64,000 bases of DNA from the NCBI GenBank assembly GCA_041651355.1, contig JBAZJK010000001.1, positions 421,883-485,882 of the forward strand, written 5' to 3'. Below are positions 26,400 to 36,074 of this stretch, piece after piece. The DNA is from Patescibacteria group bacterium (GTDB lineage: Bacteria; Patescibacteriota; Patescibacteriia; Patescibacteriales; UBA12465). Position numbers and translations under genes: made by a program. Within the stretch, counting starts at the first letter, position 1, and every line of letters begins with the position of its first letter. The notes under the pieces are model-generated. The model made no database searches. It was not told the DNA's origin and saw only the letters and a list, made by a program, of their open reading frames with translations.

Positions 26400-28358
26400 T
26401 TAAAAGTTTTTGATCCCCGCTAAGATTTCCAATCTTCCATCATGGTTAATATCGCTCAGACTCGGCCTAACACCTTTACGGAAATTCTTGTCATAGGCTA
26501 AAAATTGCCCTAAAAGCCGGCCACCTTCGTTAAATATCCTGATTTGCGAATTTCCACCGGCCCGCGGCGCAGTCACCAGTTCCAATCTTCCGTCTTGATT
26601 AATATCGCCCAGAGCAACGTTAATACCACCGGTCCATTTTTTATCATAAGCTAAGATTTCCGACTGAAGATTGCCTTGGAAATCATAAATATAGACCGAC
26701 GGATCGCGTGAGGCGACAGCAATCCTATCTCCAGCTGAAGCCAAACTAAGGTCTCCTTTGGCTTTAATCGCGAACAAACCCAGCAGTTTCCCCTCAAGAT
26801 TAAAAACCCTTAACTGCTGTCCGGCGACAGCCACTATCTTATCCTGATTATAGCTAAAAGCGATAGCTATATTTTTTTTAGTAAAAGGATAGAATTTCTT
26901 AACTAGCTTTCCCTGGCGATAAACTTCGATTGCGCCTTGGCGGCTGATAATATTAACCAAATCGCTCCCTTGATGAAAACTTAGCAAATCCTGATCACCA
27001 GGAAAATTTGGCAGATAAGCAAAGAAACCGTTTTTCACGCTTTGACCGCGATCATTGTAGACGCGGACGAAATTGCCATTATTAAAATTACTGCCCAATA
27101 TCTCCGCTCCGGATTTCAACAGGATAATTCCCTCCCCTGGTTTCAATTTTATCCAGGTAACTTTGGTGCCATCATTAACTTGCGGATCCTGGCTACCTTT
27201 AATCCGTTCTAACTCCTCCTTACCGAATAATAATTTCTGTTCTTGGGCGCTGGAATTAACTAAAGTTAAACCGTTGCTGAAATCACGACGCCAAAATCCA
27301 GGTTGGACTTTGGAGTCAGAACTTAAAAGATTATAAGCCTTAGATCTTGGAACGCCTAAATCAACATCATATTCGTCATACCACCAAGTCTGGCCATGGT
27401 CAGACAAATTCTTATCAGCGCTATAATAAGCATCTCCCAAAAGAGCGTTAGCTAGGCCGAAACGAGCCGAACTATAATTATCAAATCTCTCCACGCTGCG
27501 ATTAATGATGTTTATCTGGGGGCGGCGGCTGACTTGTTCGTTCAACTTCAGATAATTGCTGAAAGAAGCCGACCATTCACCATTATGTTCCCAGGCCGGC
27601 GGAAAATTTTCCAGCATCAAGCCGTTTAGATTGGGGGTATAAGGCAAATAGGCCTGACCGTTACCAGCAATAACAAACTCATCGCCTAACAATTCCCGGC
27701 TGTTAACTAACATCTTCTTGACTCCTTCGGACCAGGCGCGGTTAATTTCGGCACAGCTTAGAGCGGTCCGGTTATTATTCAAATCTAATGATCCAGACTT
27801 CAGCCAACAGATATCGCCCCACAGATTGTCATAGAAAACTCCGTCCCAGAGGCCGCTGCTTTTTATCTCCCGAGCCACGAATTGAGGGAGATAGTCATTA
27901 AAACGTTGTCCCAAATCAGACAAGCCGGCGCCATCGCTTAGGTTAAGCATGGCGGTCCCGGGCCAAAAAGAAACCTTCTGACCATTTAAATCCTTGAGCC
28001 ACCAAGCGGGGTAGATATTAGATAATAGTTTCTGGCGTAAGGAATTGCTGGGCAAATAAGCAGCATCGGACATGATTTCTTGAGAACTGATATAAGCGAG
28101 GAGAACGATATCGGGATTCAAACTTCGGATCTTTTCTAGTTGGGCGCGGCTAGTCACCTGGGTTTCCATATCCAAAACCAAAACATCCCACTTGGCTAGG
28201 GCCTGGGCCTTCTCATCATCTAGCTGCCAATGCAAAAAATAATTAGCTAGACGAGGGAAAGAATTTAAGTCTGGATTGGAGGCCTGGGTTGATTTAAAGG
28301 GCCAGAAAATCAAACCTCCAAGCAAAATGATTGAAAGATGGAGAAAGAAACGCTTCAT
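26400..28358 (-). CDS. Secreted protein: GH-like TIM-barrel domain plus C-terminal FG-GAP/VCBS-type repeats
   Basis: Signal peptide. N-terminal domain is paralogous to 6037..7128. C-terminal repeats are GDINQDGRLELVTAPRAGG and SDINHDGRLEILAG. Confidence 0.7.
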   Translation of the reverse strand: MKRFFLHLSIILLGGLIFWPFKSTQASNPDLNSFPRLANYFLHWQLDDEKAQALAKWDVLVLDMETQVTSRAQLEKIRSLNPDIVLLAYISSQEIMSDAAYLPSNSLRQKLLSNIYPAWWLKDLNGQKVSFWPGTAMLNLSDGAGLSDLGQRFNDYLPQFVAREIKSSGLWDGVFYDNLWGDICWLKSGSLDLNNNRTALSCAEINRAWSEGVKKMLVNSRELLGDEFVIAGNGQAYLPYTPNLNGLMLENFPPAWEHNGEWSASFSNYLKLNEQVSRRPQINIINRSVERFDNYSSARFGLANALLGDAYYSADKNLSDHGQTWWYDEYDVDLGVPRSKAYNLLSSDSKVQPGFWRRDFSNGLTLVNSSAQEQKLLFGKEELERIKGSQDPQVNDGTKVTWIKLKPGEGIILLKSGAEILGSNFNNGNFVRVYNDRGQSVKNGFFAYLPNFPGDQDLLSFHQGSDLVNIISRQGAIEVYRQGKLVKKFYPFTKKNIAIAFSYNQDKIVAVAGQQLRVFNLEGKLLGLFAIKAKGDLSLASAGDRIAVASRDPSVYIYDFQGNLQSEILAYDKKWTGGINVALGDINQDGRLELVTAPRAGGNSQIRIFNEGGRLLGQFLAYDKNFRKGVRPSLSDINHDGRLEILAGIKNF

Positions 28359-29614
28359 GACTGCTCAGCTTTAATTATCTCTAAATTAGAAGGCAAGAAT
28401 GGCCGTAAAGCGGGCGGAATAATCACGGAGCCATCGGCTTGTTGGCACTGTTCTAAGATAGCCGGAATCAAGCGGCTGGTAGCCAAACCAGAAGCATTCA
28501 AGGTGTGGACGAAGTTGGTTTTTTCGGCCTGCTTGTCTTTAAAGCGGATGCTACCACGACGCGCCTGATAATCTAAGGCGTTCGAGACACTGCTTACCTC
28601 CTTATAAATATTCATGCTGGGAATCCAAACCTCTAAGTCGTAAGTCTTGGCCATAGCGGCGCTGCAATCGCCGGCAGCTAGTTTTGATACCTGGTAATGT
28701 AATCCAAGGCCTTCGACTAATTTCTTGGCGTTAGCCAGAAGCTCATCAAATAAATTCCAAGAATCTTCCGGCCGGCAAAAAGCGAACATTTCCACCTTAT
28801 TGAACTGATGCCCGCGAATCATCCCCCGCTCTTCTTGTCGGTAGCTGCCGGCTTCACGCCGGAAGCAGGGCGAATAAGCGTAATATTTCAAAGGTAATAA
28901 ATCACCGGGCAAAATCTCTTCGCGATGATAATTGCCCAACATCATCTCAGAGGTGGCATTTAGACAGAGAGCGTCTTGCGTCCAGAATAAATCATCACGG
29001 AATTTAGGTAGATGGCCAGAAGTATAGGCAGATTTTTCTGTTAAGAGGAAAGGCGGGAGTAAAAACTCATAACCGTTCTTCTGATGGAAATCGATGAAAT
29101 ATGATAGAAGCGCCCACTCTAAAAGAGCGCCGACACCCTTATAGCACCAGAAACCCGAACCGGACATCTTCGCGGCTCTTTCATAATCGATCAGGCCGAG
29201 ACTGGTAGCTAGGGCGACGTGGTCTTTAGGTGTAAAAGAAAATTCCGGCTTACTACCATAAGTATAGATAACCTCATTATTTTCCTTGCCTCCGGCTGGC
29301 ACGTCGCTAGCTGGCAAGTTAGGCAACTCGGCTAACTTCTCCTGGAGCTCGCCTTCAGCTTTAGATAGGGATGCTTCCAACTTAGCTATGGATTCGCCGA
29401 TTTTCTTCATCTGCTTAATGACGTCCGGGCTAGGCTTAGTCTTAGAATGAGCATTCCTTTCCGATTTTAAAGCCTCGACCTTCTGGATGATTTCCCGACG
29501 GTGGTCATCTAGTTCGAGCAGTTTCTCTAAATTAAATTCTTTGGTAGATAAGCGCTTGGCTAAAGCCTCCTTAACAGCTAAGGTATTCTCACGGATATAT
29601 TTTAAATCCAACAT
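28355..29614 (-). CDS. serS: Seryl-tRNA synthetase
   Basis: MLDLKYIREN start, coiled-coil arm, and class II motifs (FRREAGS, GSGLATSR-like). Confidence 0.92.
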   Translation of the reverse strand: MLDLKYIRENTLAVKEALAKRLSTKEFNLEKLLELDDHRREIIQKVEALKSERNAHSKTKPSPDVIKQMKKIGESIAKLEASLSKAEGELQEKLAELPNLPASDVPAGGKENNEVIYTYGSKPEFSFTPKDHVALATSLGLIDYERAAKMSGSGFWCYKGVGALLEWALLSYFIDFHQKNGYEFLLPPFLLTEKSAYTSGHLPKFRDDLFWTQDALCLNATSEMMLGNYHREEILPGDLLPLKYYAYSPCFRREAGSYRQEERGMIRGHQFNKVEMFAFCRPEDSWNLFDELLANAKKLVEGLGLHYQVSKLAAGDCSAAMAKTYDLEVWIPSMNIYKEVSSVSNALDYQARRGSIRFKDKQAEKTNFVHTLNASGLATSRLIPAILEQCQQADGSVIIPPALRPFLPSNLEIIKAEQS

Positions 29615-29626
29615 ATTTTTATTAAG

Positions 29627-31240
29627 TTAATTAACCACTTCACCACCGAAAGCTTGCAAGAGCTTGCCAAGCATATCCGGCCTTTCTTTATCTTTATCTT
29701 TGTTTTCAGGCTCGACTTCGCTGCTGGCTGGGGCTAGAGGCGCCGGGCTGAGATCGAGGTTCTCATCAACCTTAGCTTCTATCTCCAAGAGCGAACCAAA
29801 AGTTTCTTGCAAAGCCTTGGCTATGATCTCTTTGATCTGGGGGTCGCTGATACGGTCCTTATGGAATTTATATTTGAAGACCAAACTTAAACGGCTATCC
29901 TTAATCTCCAACGCTTGGCAATTCTGCAAGATGAAAGACAGGGAGTGATTATATTTTTTTATATTGATTAAGAGCTCGGGCCATTTGTCTTTAAGTGCCG
30001 ACTGATCCAGGTTTAAGACCGGCCCGGAATTAGAATTTATTCCCCCCAACGGGGAGACTGAAGGCCCCGGCTTAGGAGAGGAGGGACTAACAGTCTGGCG
30101 ACTAATATTTGCGGTTCCACTCTTAAGAGTTGCTACCGTTTGATCGCTGAGACCATGACAAATCTTAATGACGGCAATCTCTAAAGGCAGCTGGGCAATA
30201 AAGATATTAGCCGAAGCGGCGTTGACGTTTAAAAACTCCTGAATCATAAAAACCCACTGCTTCAGATCGAGCGTTTCGCTTAAATGGGCGACTTTCAACT
30301 CTAAGGCTTCACCGAAGTCTAAACCTAAACCGGAAGCTAAAGAAGGATTAAGCTGGTTAAAGATTATCTTCCTTAATACATTAATCACTTCCCCGACAAA
30401 ATTCTTGATATTCAAGCCGCTGTCGACTAATTGGTTAAGGAGCCTGATAGCTCGAGCCGCATCCTTCTGGCTGAGGCAGTCAAGGAATTCAACTATCTCC
30501 TGACTGTTATAATTAGGCAAGATCAACTCAGCCTGGGCTGAGCTTATCTTCTTATCCCCCAAAGCCATCACCTGACCCAATAAGCTCTCAGCATCTCGCA
30601 TGTAGCCGTTGGCTTGCCGGGCGATCGCGTCTAAGATGTCAGGCGCAATTTCTATCTTTTCTTGGCTAGCGATAAAATTTAACTTCTTGGCGACTTCACT
30701 TATGCTTATCCTTTTAAAATCAAAACGCTCGCAGCGGGAGATTATGGTCGCTGGCACCTTATGAATTTCAGTCGTGCAGAGGATAAAAACAACTTTCTGC
30801 GGCGGCTCTTCGATGATCTTGAGCAAAGCATTAAAAGCTGACAAGGATAGCATGTGGACTTCATCGATGATGAATACTTTATATTTAGTCTGGGGGGCTA
30901 TCCGAGCCGAGGCAATTATATTTTCCCGAACATTATCAACCCCGGTGTTAGAAGCGGCATCGATTTCAATAATATCTAAATTACTACCTTTAGTAATACT
31001 TAAACAGCTAGCGCACTGATTACAAGGCTCATATTCCTTATCTTTACGGCTTTCGCAATTCAAAGATTTGGCCAGGATTCTAGCCAAAGTAGTCTTTCCT
31101 ACTGCCCTGGGTCCGCAGAATAAATAGGCGTTAGCCAAGCGCTGGCTTTGAATCTCATTCTGAAGGGTAATTTTTATGTGATTTTGCCCTAATACTTCAG
31201 CAAAACTCTGGGGACGGTAATCCCGATAGAGGGTCGACAT
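29627..31240 (-). CDS. dnaX: DNA polymerase III subunit gamma/tau
   Basis: YRPQSFAEVLGQ...LFCGPRAVGKTTLARILAK...CNQCASC...IIDEVHMLS. Confidence 0.92.
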   Translation of the reverse strand: MSTLYRDYRPQSFAEVLGQNHIKITLQNEIQSQRLANAYLFCGPRAVGKTTLARILAKSLNCESRKDKEYEPCNQCASCLSITKGSNLDIIEIDAASNTGVDNVRENIIASARIAPQTKYKVFIIDEVHMLSLSAFNALLKIIEEPPQKVVFILCTTEIHKVPATIISRCERFDFKRISISEVAKKLNFIASQEKIEIAPDILDAIARQANGYMRDAESLLGQVMALGDKKISSAQAELILPNYNSQEIVEFLDCLSQKDAARAIRLLNQLVDSGLNIKNFVGEVINVLRKIIFNQLNPSLASGLGLDFGEALELKVAHLSETLDLKQWVFMIQEFLNVNAASANIFIAQLPLEIAVIKICHGLSDQTVATLKSGTANISRQTVSPSSPKPGPSVSPLGGINSNSGPVLNLDQSALKDKWPELLINIKKYNHSLSFILQNCQALEIKDSRLSLVFKYKFHKDRISDPQIKEIIAKALQETFGSLLEIEAKVDENLDLSPAPLAPASSEVEPENKDKDKERPDMLGKLLQAFGGEVVN

Positions 31241-31306
31241 AAGAGGCTATTTTATTTAATAAATTCTTTATTATTATATACTTTTTATTATCCCTTTGCC
31301 AGTCCC

Positions 31307-31335
31307 TTGACAAATAAATAGTTATATGTTATAAT
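31307..31335 (+). promoter_or_regulatory. Consensus sigma70 promoter
   Basis: TTGACA-N17-TATAAT with TG at the extended -10 position. Confidence 0.6.
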
Positions 31336-31382
31336 ATAGGCATAGTAAATAGTGCATTTAAAAACAACCAAAAACTATAGCC

Positions 31383-31571
31383 ATGAAGAAAATTGCTTTC
31401 CTGTTGATTATTGCCCTGGCCGCCGCCACCATCCTGCCCTCCTGCTCAACTACTACCCGCGGTTTCGATTATGCGGGACTCCAGAAAAAACAAAAAAAGG
31501 CCAAAGGCCGCACCTGTAAGTACATGAAGCATCACAACCAGGACAGGTTGACAATGAAAGGGGTATTCTAA
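31383..31571 (+). CDS. Small basic lipoprotein (62 aa), hypothetical
   Basis: MKKIAFLLIIALAAATILPSC lipobox. Has its own promoter and terminator, and G/C-ending codons unlike its neighbours. Confidence 0.6.
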   Translation: MKKIAFLLIIALAAATILPSCSTTTRGFDYAGLQKKQKKAKGRTCKYMKHHNQDRLTMKGVF

Positions 31572-31597
31572 ACTACTCCAAACGAAAAAAAAGAAAA

Positions 31598-31628
31598 GAA
31601 GCTTCCCTCGCGAAGCTTCTCTTTTTTT
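31598..31628. terminator. Bidirectional terminator
   Basis: GAAGCTTC-cctcgc-GAAGCTTC flanked by an A-run and T7. Confidence 0.65.
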
Positions 31629-31643
31629 ATTTAAATAATCTTT

Positions 31644-34124
31644 CTATACTCTAGTACGGCGCATTATCTCGGCTTCGACTATCCGACGGTCTTGTCCGTA
31701 TTTGAGTCGACTCAAGGCTTTGATCTTATCAGACAAGCCATCGCGTTTAGTTCCTAACAAAGGCCAGATAGTTTTCAGGGAAAACGGCCGAAGTGCCGAG
31801 TTGTCAACTAATAATTTAATATAAGCTGTGCCTTTATCAACATTAATGAGATCGAACTCGTTAAAGACGGGTGAGAATTCCTTGACGATGAATTCAGCAT
31901 CCTCGACGCCGATCTTAAAAGCGATCATCGTGCCGACGTTGCCGAAAACAGCATCTTTAATCTCGGTGTTATTATTCTTGCTCAGCTGTCCGATATACTG
32001 ATGGGCCATAATCAGATTCAGAGCGTATTTTCTAGCTTCAGATAAGATCTGACAGATAGAATTAGTAGTGAAATTTTGGAACTCATCGATATAGAGATAA
32101 AAATCCTTTCTGGCTTCCTTGGATAAGTCAGTACGGGAAAGAGCGGCCATCAGTATCTTGCCAACGATGATCATGCCCAAAAGATAGGCATTCATCTCGC
32201 CGACCACGCCTTTAGGTAAATTGACCAAAAGGATCTTCTGCTTATCCATTAAATCCCGGACATTAAAAGAGCTCTTCTGCTGGCCGATAATCGGACGCAT
32301 CATGTCATTAGAGATGAAGCTCGTCAGTTTAGAGGTAATATAGGGAACGATATTAGCTAAAGCCGCTTCCCCGCCCGCCTTCTCTGCCTCCTTACGCCAA
32401 AAATCTACGACCGTTACATCTTTGCATTTACTTAATTTCATCTTACGAAAATTCTCATCCGCCAAAACTTTAGGCACCTCCATCAAAGTCGAACCGCTTT
32501 CCGGATCAGACATGATCAACAATAAGGCGTTACGCATATACTGTTCGAACATCGGACCGCCCGTGCTTTTCAGGTCGTATAATTTATCAAAAATACCGAT
32601 CAGCTCATTAATGACAAAAGTCTTCTGTTCTGGATATTTGGGGTCAAATTCTAGCAGATTAAGAGCCAGGGGCCTCTCGGTGTCTCCGGGTGAAAAGATA
32701 ATCACGTCTTCCGCTCTTTCAATCGGCATCCGATCTAAGATATCGCTAATTAAATCACCGTTAGGATCCATGACGCAAACGCCTTCACCATTTTCAATAT
32801 CCTGAATCGCCATATTACACAACAAGACAGACTTACCGACACCAGACTTACCGATAATATAAGTATGCCGCCGACGGTCTTCTCTCTTGATACGAACTTC
32901 TTTTTTCTCACCTCGGAAGACATTCTCGCCGAGAGTGATTCCTTCTTGAGGCAAGTCGGTCGGAGCGGGAGCATTCTTGGCAGTCAGCCAGACGATATTC
33001 GGTGTTTCCGTATTCTTAAGCGGAAAATGAAAAATACTGGTCAGCTCTTCGGTATTTAAAATAAAGCTGAAATTTTCATTGAAACGGCGATAGATGAAAT
33101 CGTTAATCGTAGAGGCCGGGTGTGATTTATAGAAACGGGAAAAATTATTGCCGTAACTGTAATTATTAAATTCACTGAAGACGCTAGCCAGGTTATCCAG
33201 ATAGAAATTTGCCTGTTCCTTTGTCTTAGCCGAACTAACTACCCTGATATTAACATCCAGGCCGGCTTTCTGATTCTTGCTTTCGATATTCTTTAGCATC
33301 TCTTCCTCTTCAGCTGTTAGGCGTTTATAATTGGGAGAATTCTGATCGTCGTGCTTCGGTTTAGACGTCTTATAGAAGAATTCCGCGATCAGGCCATACC
33401 ATTTTAGCGATCGCAAACCTTCCCGAACCGAGCCTTTGCGATGTATCCGGGACGATAGGCGTTTAACCTGATAATGCCAAGAACCCTTAGCGCTACGGAC
33501 CGTATACTGGATAGCCAAGCTCTCATCACGGTCTAGCTTGGACATGATGTTGATCAAGGAATTTAAAGGATCGACTTCCATCTTCTGGAAAGTCTTGATC
33601 GGCAGCATGAACGGATCCTTGGTTTTAAGATAACCAGCCGCGACCTTAGACAAGGGGCTAAAGGCATTATAATCATCTACCTCTTCAACCACAGCTTCTG
33701 GATAATGGGCGTTTATCTGTTTTTCTATGTAGACCGCTTGATTCGCGGGAGTAACGATATAGAAATAAATCTTGCCTCTTTCGGCTACGATTTCAAAACT
33801 AAAATGATCACTTCTGCCTAGCAACCAGGAAAAAAAGCCTCGTTCCGCCCGCAAGCCGCCGATACTAGCGAAGATGGTCTCGCCCTTAGCTATTTCTTCT
33901 TTCAGCTGTTGGACGGAGAAATCTTTACCATCATCTTTCGGTTTTTCTTTAGGCAGCCTGATCATTAAGGCCTTATGGGCAAAATGGCGACGACCTAAAC
34001 CGAAAAACCTGATAAAAAAACGGGCTAAGAATAACAATAAACCCGCCGCGATGAAAGCAGAGACTATAATCAGGACTAAATCCGGATTAGAGTTCAAATT
34101 ATCCGGAATTGTTTGAGGATCCAT
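31644..34124 (-). CDS. Membrane-anchored P-loop NTPase, type IV secretion coupling protein-like (VirD4/TraG/TraD, FtsK-HerA superfamily)
   Basis: N-terminal TM. Walker A is YIIGKSGVGKS; then VMDPNGD; Walker B-like is FYLYIDEFQNF. Confidence 0.7.
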   Translation of the reverse strand: MDPQTIPDNLNSNPDLVLIIVSAFIAAGLLLFLARFFIRFFGLGRRHFAHKALMIRLPKEKPKDDGKDFSVQQLKEEIAKGETIFASIGGLRAERGFFSWLLGRSDHFSFEIVAERGKIYFYIVTPANQAVYIEKQINAHYPEAVVEEVDDYNAFSPLSKVAAGYLKTKDPFMLPIKTFQKMEVDPLNSLINIMSKLDRDESLAIQYTVRSAKGSWHYQVKRLSSRIHRKGSVREGLRSLKWYGLIAEFFYKTSKPKHDDQNSPNYKRLTAEEEEMLKNIESKNQKAGLDVNIRVVSSAKTKEQANFYLDNLASVFSEFNNYSYGNNFSRFYKSHPASTINDFIYRRFNENFSFILNTEELTSIFHFPLKNTETPNIVWLTAKNAPAPTDLPQEGITLGENVFRGEKKEVRIKREDRRRHTYIIGKSGVGKSVLLCNMAIQDIENGEGVCVMDPNGDLISDILDRMPIERAEDVIIFSPGDTERPLALNLLEFDPKYPEQKTFVINELIGIFDKLYDLKSTGGPMFEQYMRNALLLIMSDPESGSTLMEVPKVLADENFRKMKLSKCKDVTVVDFWRKEAEKAGGEAALANIVPYITSKLTSFISNDMMRPIIGQQKSSFNVRDLMDKQKILLVNLPKGVVGEMNAYLLGMIIVGKILMAALSRTDLSKEARKDFYLYIDEFQNFTTNSICQILSEARKYALNLIMAHQYIGQLSKNNNTEIKDAVFGNVGTMIAFKIGVEDAEFIVKEFSPVFNEFDLINVDKGTAYIKLLVDNSALRPFSLKTIWPLLGTKRDGLSDKIKALSRLKYGQDRRIVEAEIMRRTRV

Positions 34125-34135
34125 GGTAAATAAGC

Positions 34136-34606
34136 TTATTTTTTTATTCTCATGATGCGATCAGCCTTAATCTTGGCTTCTTGCTCTAAAAAATAACGGT
34201 TAACCCCGGGCAAAGTCGACAACCAGCGCCTAATCAGACTAACTATCTGCTTGATCTTAAACTTAGCGCTATCCAGTAATTTATTTATTTTCGCAACAGT
34301 TTCTTCGCCCTTAACCTTAAAGCGCTGCTGCTCCTGGGGCGGCAGAGCAATAAATATGTCCTCGAGGCCATCAGCCAGGATCCGATCGATTTCCATAGCT
34401 CGCTGTTGGCTTAAGGACTGGACATTAGTCTGGGCAACGATGTTCCGGGCAGGATTGGCGCTCCGAGTGGATTGAACCTCTTTGTCTGGCCTTTCAACCT
34501 TAGGTGATACTTGTTCATTTATCTTTTCTGGATTAGCCAACTTTTCCGGGCTTGAGCCGGAATTGGGCAGGACGCTCTCGACTTTCAACTTGAGATTTTC
34601 CGGCAT
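34136..34606 (-). CDS. Hypothetical protein (156 aa)
   Basis: Tracked as 34136..34648. I trimmed it to the internal MPENLKLK start because the upstream 42 nt overlap the ferredoxin gene's 3' end. Confidence 0.55.
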   Translation of the reverse strand: MPENLKLKVESVLPNSGSSPEKLANPEKINEQVSPKVERPDKEVQSTRSANPARNIVAQTNVQSLSQQRAMEIDRILADGLEDIFIALPPQEQQRFKVKGEETVAKINKLLDSAKFKIKQIVSLIRRWLSTLPGVNRYFLEQEAKIKADRIMRIKK

Positions 34607-34617
34607 AATAAAAAATT

Positions 34618-34791
34618 TTAATCTACCGAGATAGCTTCGACCGGGCAATTAAGGGCCGCCTGCTTAGCGCATTCGACGTTTTCCTGAGCAAAGGCTTCTG
34701 ATTTGCCGGCATCATTCATACGAAAGACATCCGGACAAGTATTGGCGCATAAACCGCAGCCGATACAAAGTTCTTGGTTAACTTTTATCAT
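34618..34791 (-). CDS. Small single-cluster ferredoxin (57 aa)
   Basis: Below the ORF-track cutoff. My translation is MIKVNQELCIGCGLCANTCPDVFRMNDAGKSEAFAQENVECAKQAALNCPVEAISVD, with the CxxCxxCxxxCP ... C ... CP pattern. Confidence 0.8.
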   Translation of the reverse strand: MIKVNQELCIGCGLCANTCPDVFRMNDAGKSEAFAQENVECAKQAALNCPVEAISVD

Positions 34792-34808
34792 AATTTTATA
34801 TTTATAAA

Positions 34809-36074
34809 TTAATAATCTCTTAATTTTTCTAAACCTTTTAATTTCCTGATTTTTTCCAAAGCCTTGGACTCGATCTGCCTTATACGCTCTCTAGTGACTT
34901 CGAACTCTTGTCCGACTTCTTCTAAGGTGTGGGCGACGCCATCAATAAGGCCGAAGCGCATTTCCAAGATCTTTTGCTCACGGGGCGATAAATTGGCCAC
35001 CATCTCCTTGACATAATCCTTAAGGAGCTGGAGGGCGGCGGCACGATCCGGGGTAACATTCTTGATATCCTCGATAAAATCCTCCAGGGTAGAATCTTCC
35101 TCGTCATCACCGATGCTGGTCTCCAAAGAGATCGTATCCTGAGAAATTTTAATAATATATCGAACTTTATCAATCTCTTCTCCCATCTCGGAAGCGATTT
35201 CTTCCGCCAAGGGCTCGCGACCTAATTCTTGAATCAAGGTCCTTTGAACCTGTTGGAATTTATTAATCGTTTCCACCATATGAACCGGGATACGGATGGT
35301 GCGCGATTGGTCGGCTAAAGCGCGGGTAATCGCCTGCCTAATCCACCAAGTGGCATAGGTAGAAAACTTATAACCTTTACGATATTCGAATTTCTCAACC
35401 GCTCTGAACAAACCGATATTTCCTTCCTGGATTAAATCTAAGAGCCCCAAACCTTTGGCGCCGGCAAATTTTTTCGCGATGGAAACGACCAACCTGAGAT
35501 TAGCCTCGATAATTTTCTTTTCTGCCTCCTTATCCCCTTTTTCCTTCCTTTTAGCAAGCTCGACTTCTTCTTCGCCGGAGAGTAGCGGCACCTTGCCGAT
35601 TTCTTTAAGGTACATCTGAATAGAATCGGCATTAAGCTTCGACAAATCAATATTGATCGGGCTCGGCATCTTGCCGCCCGCCTCTTTCTGGCTTTCATTA
35701 ACATCCAGGACCCGACCAGAATCTTCGATTATCCTGATTCCATTCTTCTGCAAATCGCCCAAAAAGATATCATAATCGTTTAAATATTCTTCGACTTCAG
35801 GAAAAAGATATAAGAGTTCGGTTTCCGTCACAAAACCGCGCATCCGGCCCTTGGCAATCAGCTTGTTCAATTTTTCCGGATCCGGCAAGACTATCGGCCT
35901 CGGAGTTGACTCCTTCTTAAAAGGAATCAGTTTTGGCTTCTTCTTAGCTAAGATGGCTTTTTTCTTTATTACTTTCTTTTTGCTAGCGACTTTAAGCGGA
36001 GCTTTTTTCTTGACAGAAACAGCCTTGGCGGGCAACTTCTTTTTAGTTTTAGCTTTAACGATTTTCTTCTTCAT
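34809..36074 (-). CDS. rpoD: RNA polymerase sigma factor RpoD (sigma70) with polybasic N-terminal tail
   Basis: Region 2-4 motifs [43 protein letters not shown] and [20 protein letters not shown]. Confidence 0.93.
   Translation of the reverse strand: MKKKIVKAKTKKKLPAKAVSVKKKAPLKVASKKKVIKKKAILAKKKPKLIPFKKESTPRPIVLPDPEKLNKLIAKGRMRGFVTETELLYLFPEVEEYLNDYDIFLGDLQKNGIRIIEDSGRVLDVNESQKEAGGKMPSPINIDLSKLNADSIQMYLKEIGKVPLLSGEEEVELAKRKEKGDKEAEKKIIEANLRLVVSIAKKFAGAKGLGLLDLIQEGNIGLFRAVEKFEYRKGYKFSTYATWWIRQAITRALADQSRTIRIPVHMVETINKFQQVQRTLIQELGREPLAEEIASEMGEEIDKVRYIIKISQDTISLETSIGDDEEDSTLEDFIEDIKNVTPDRAAALQLLKDYVKEMVANLSPREQKILEMRFGLIDGVAHTLEEVGQEFEVTRERIRQIESKALEKIRKLKGLEKLRDY

Noticed and set aside
31644-34124. 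A complete type IV secretion or conjugation locus
   Set aside because: Only the coupling-protein-like ATPase is present. No VirB4, VirB6, relaxase or pilin genes are adjacent.
34607-34648. Tracked start of ORF 34136..34648
   Set aside because: It overlaps the 3' end of the ferredoxin gene in another frame. The internal Met (MPENLKLK) at 34606 follows the ferredoxin stop by 11 nt.
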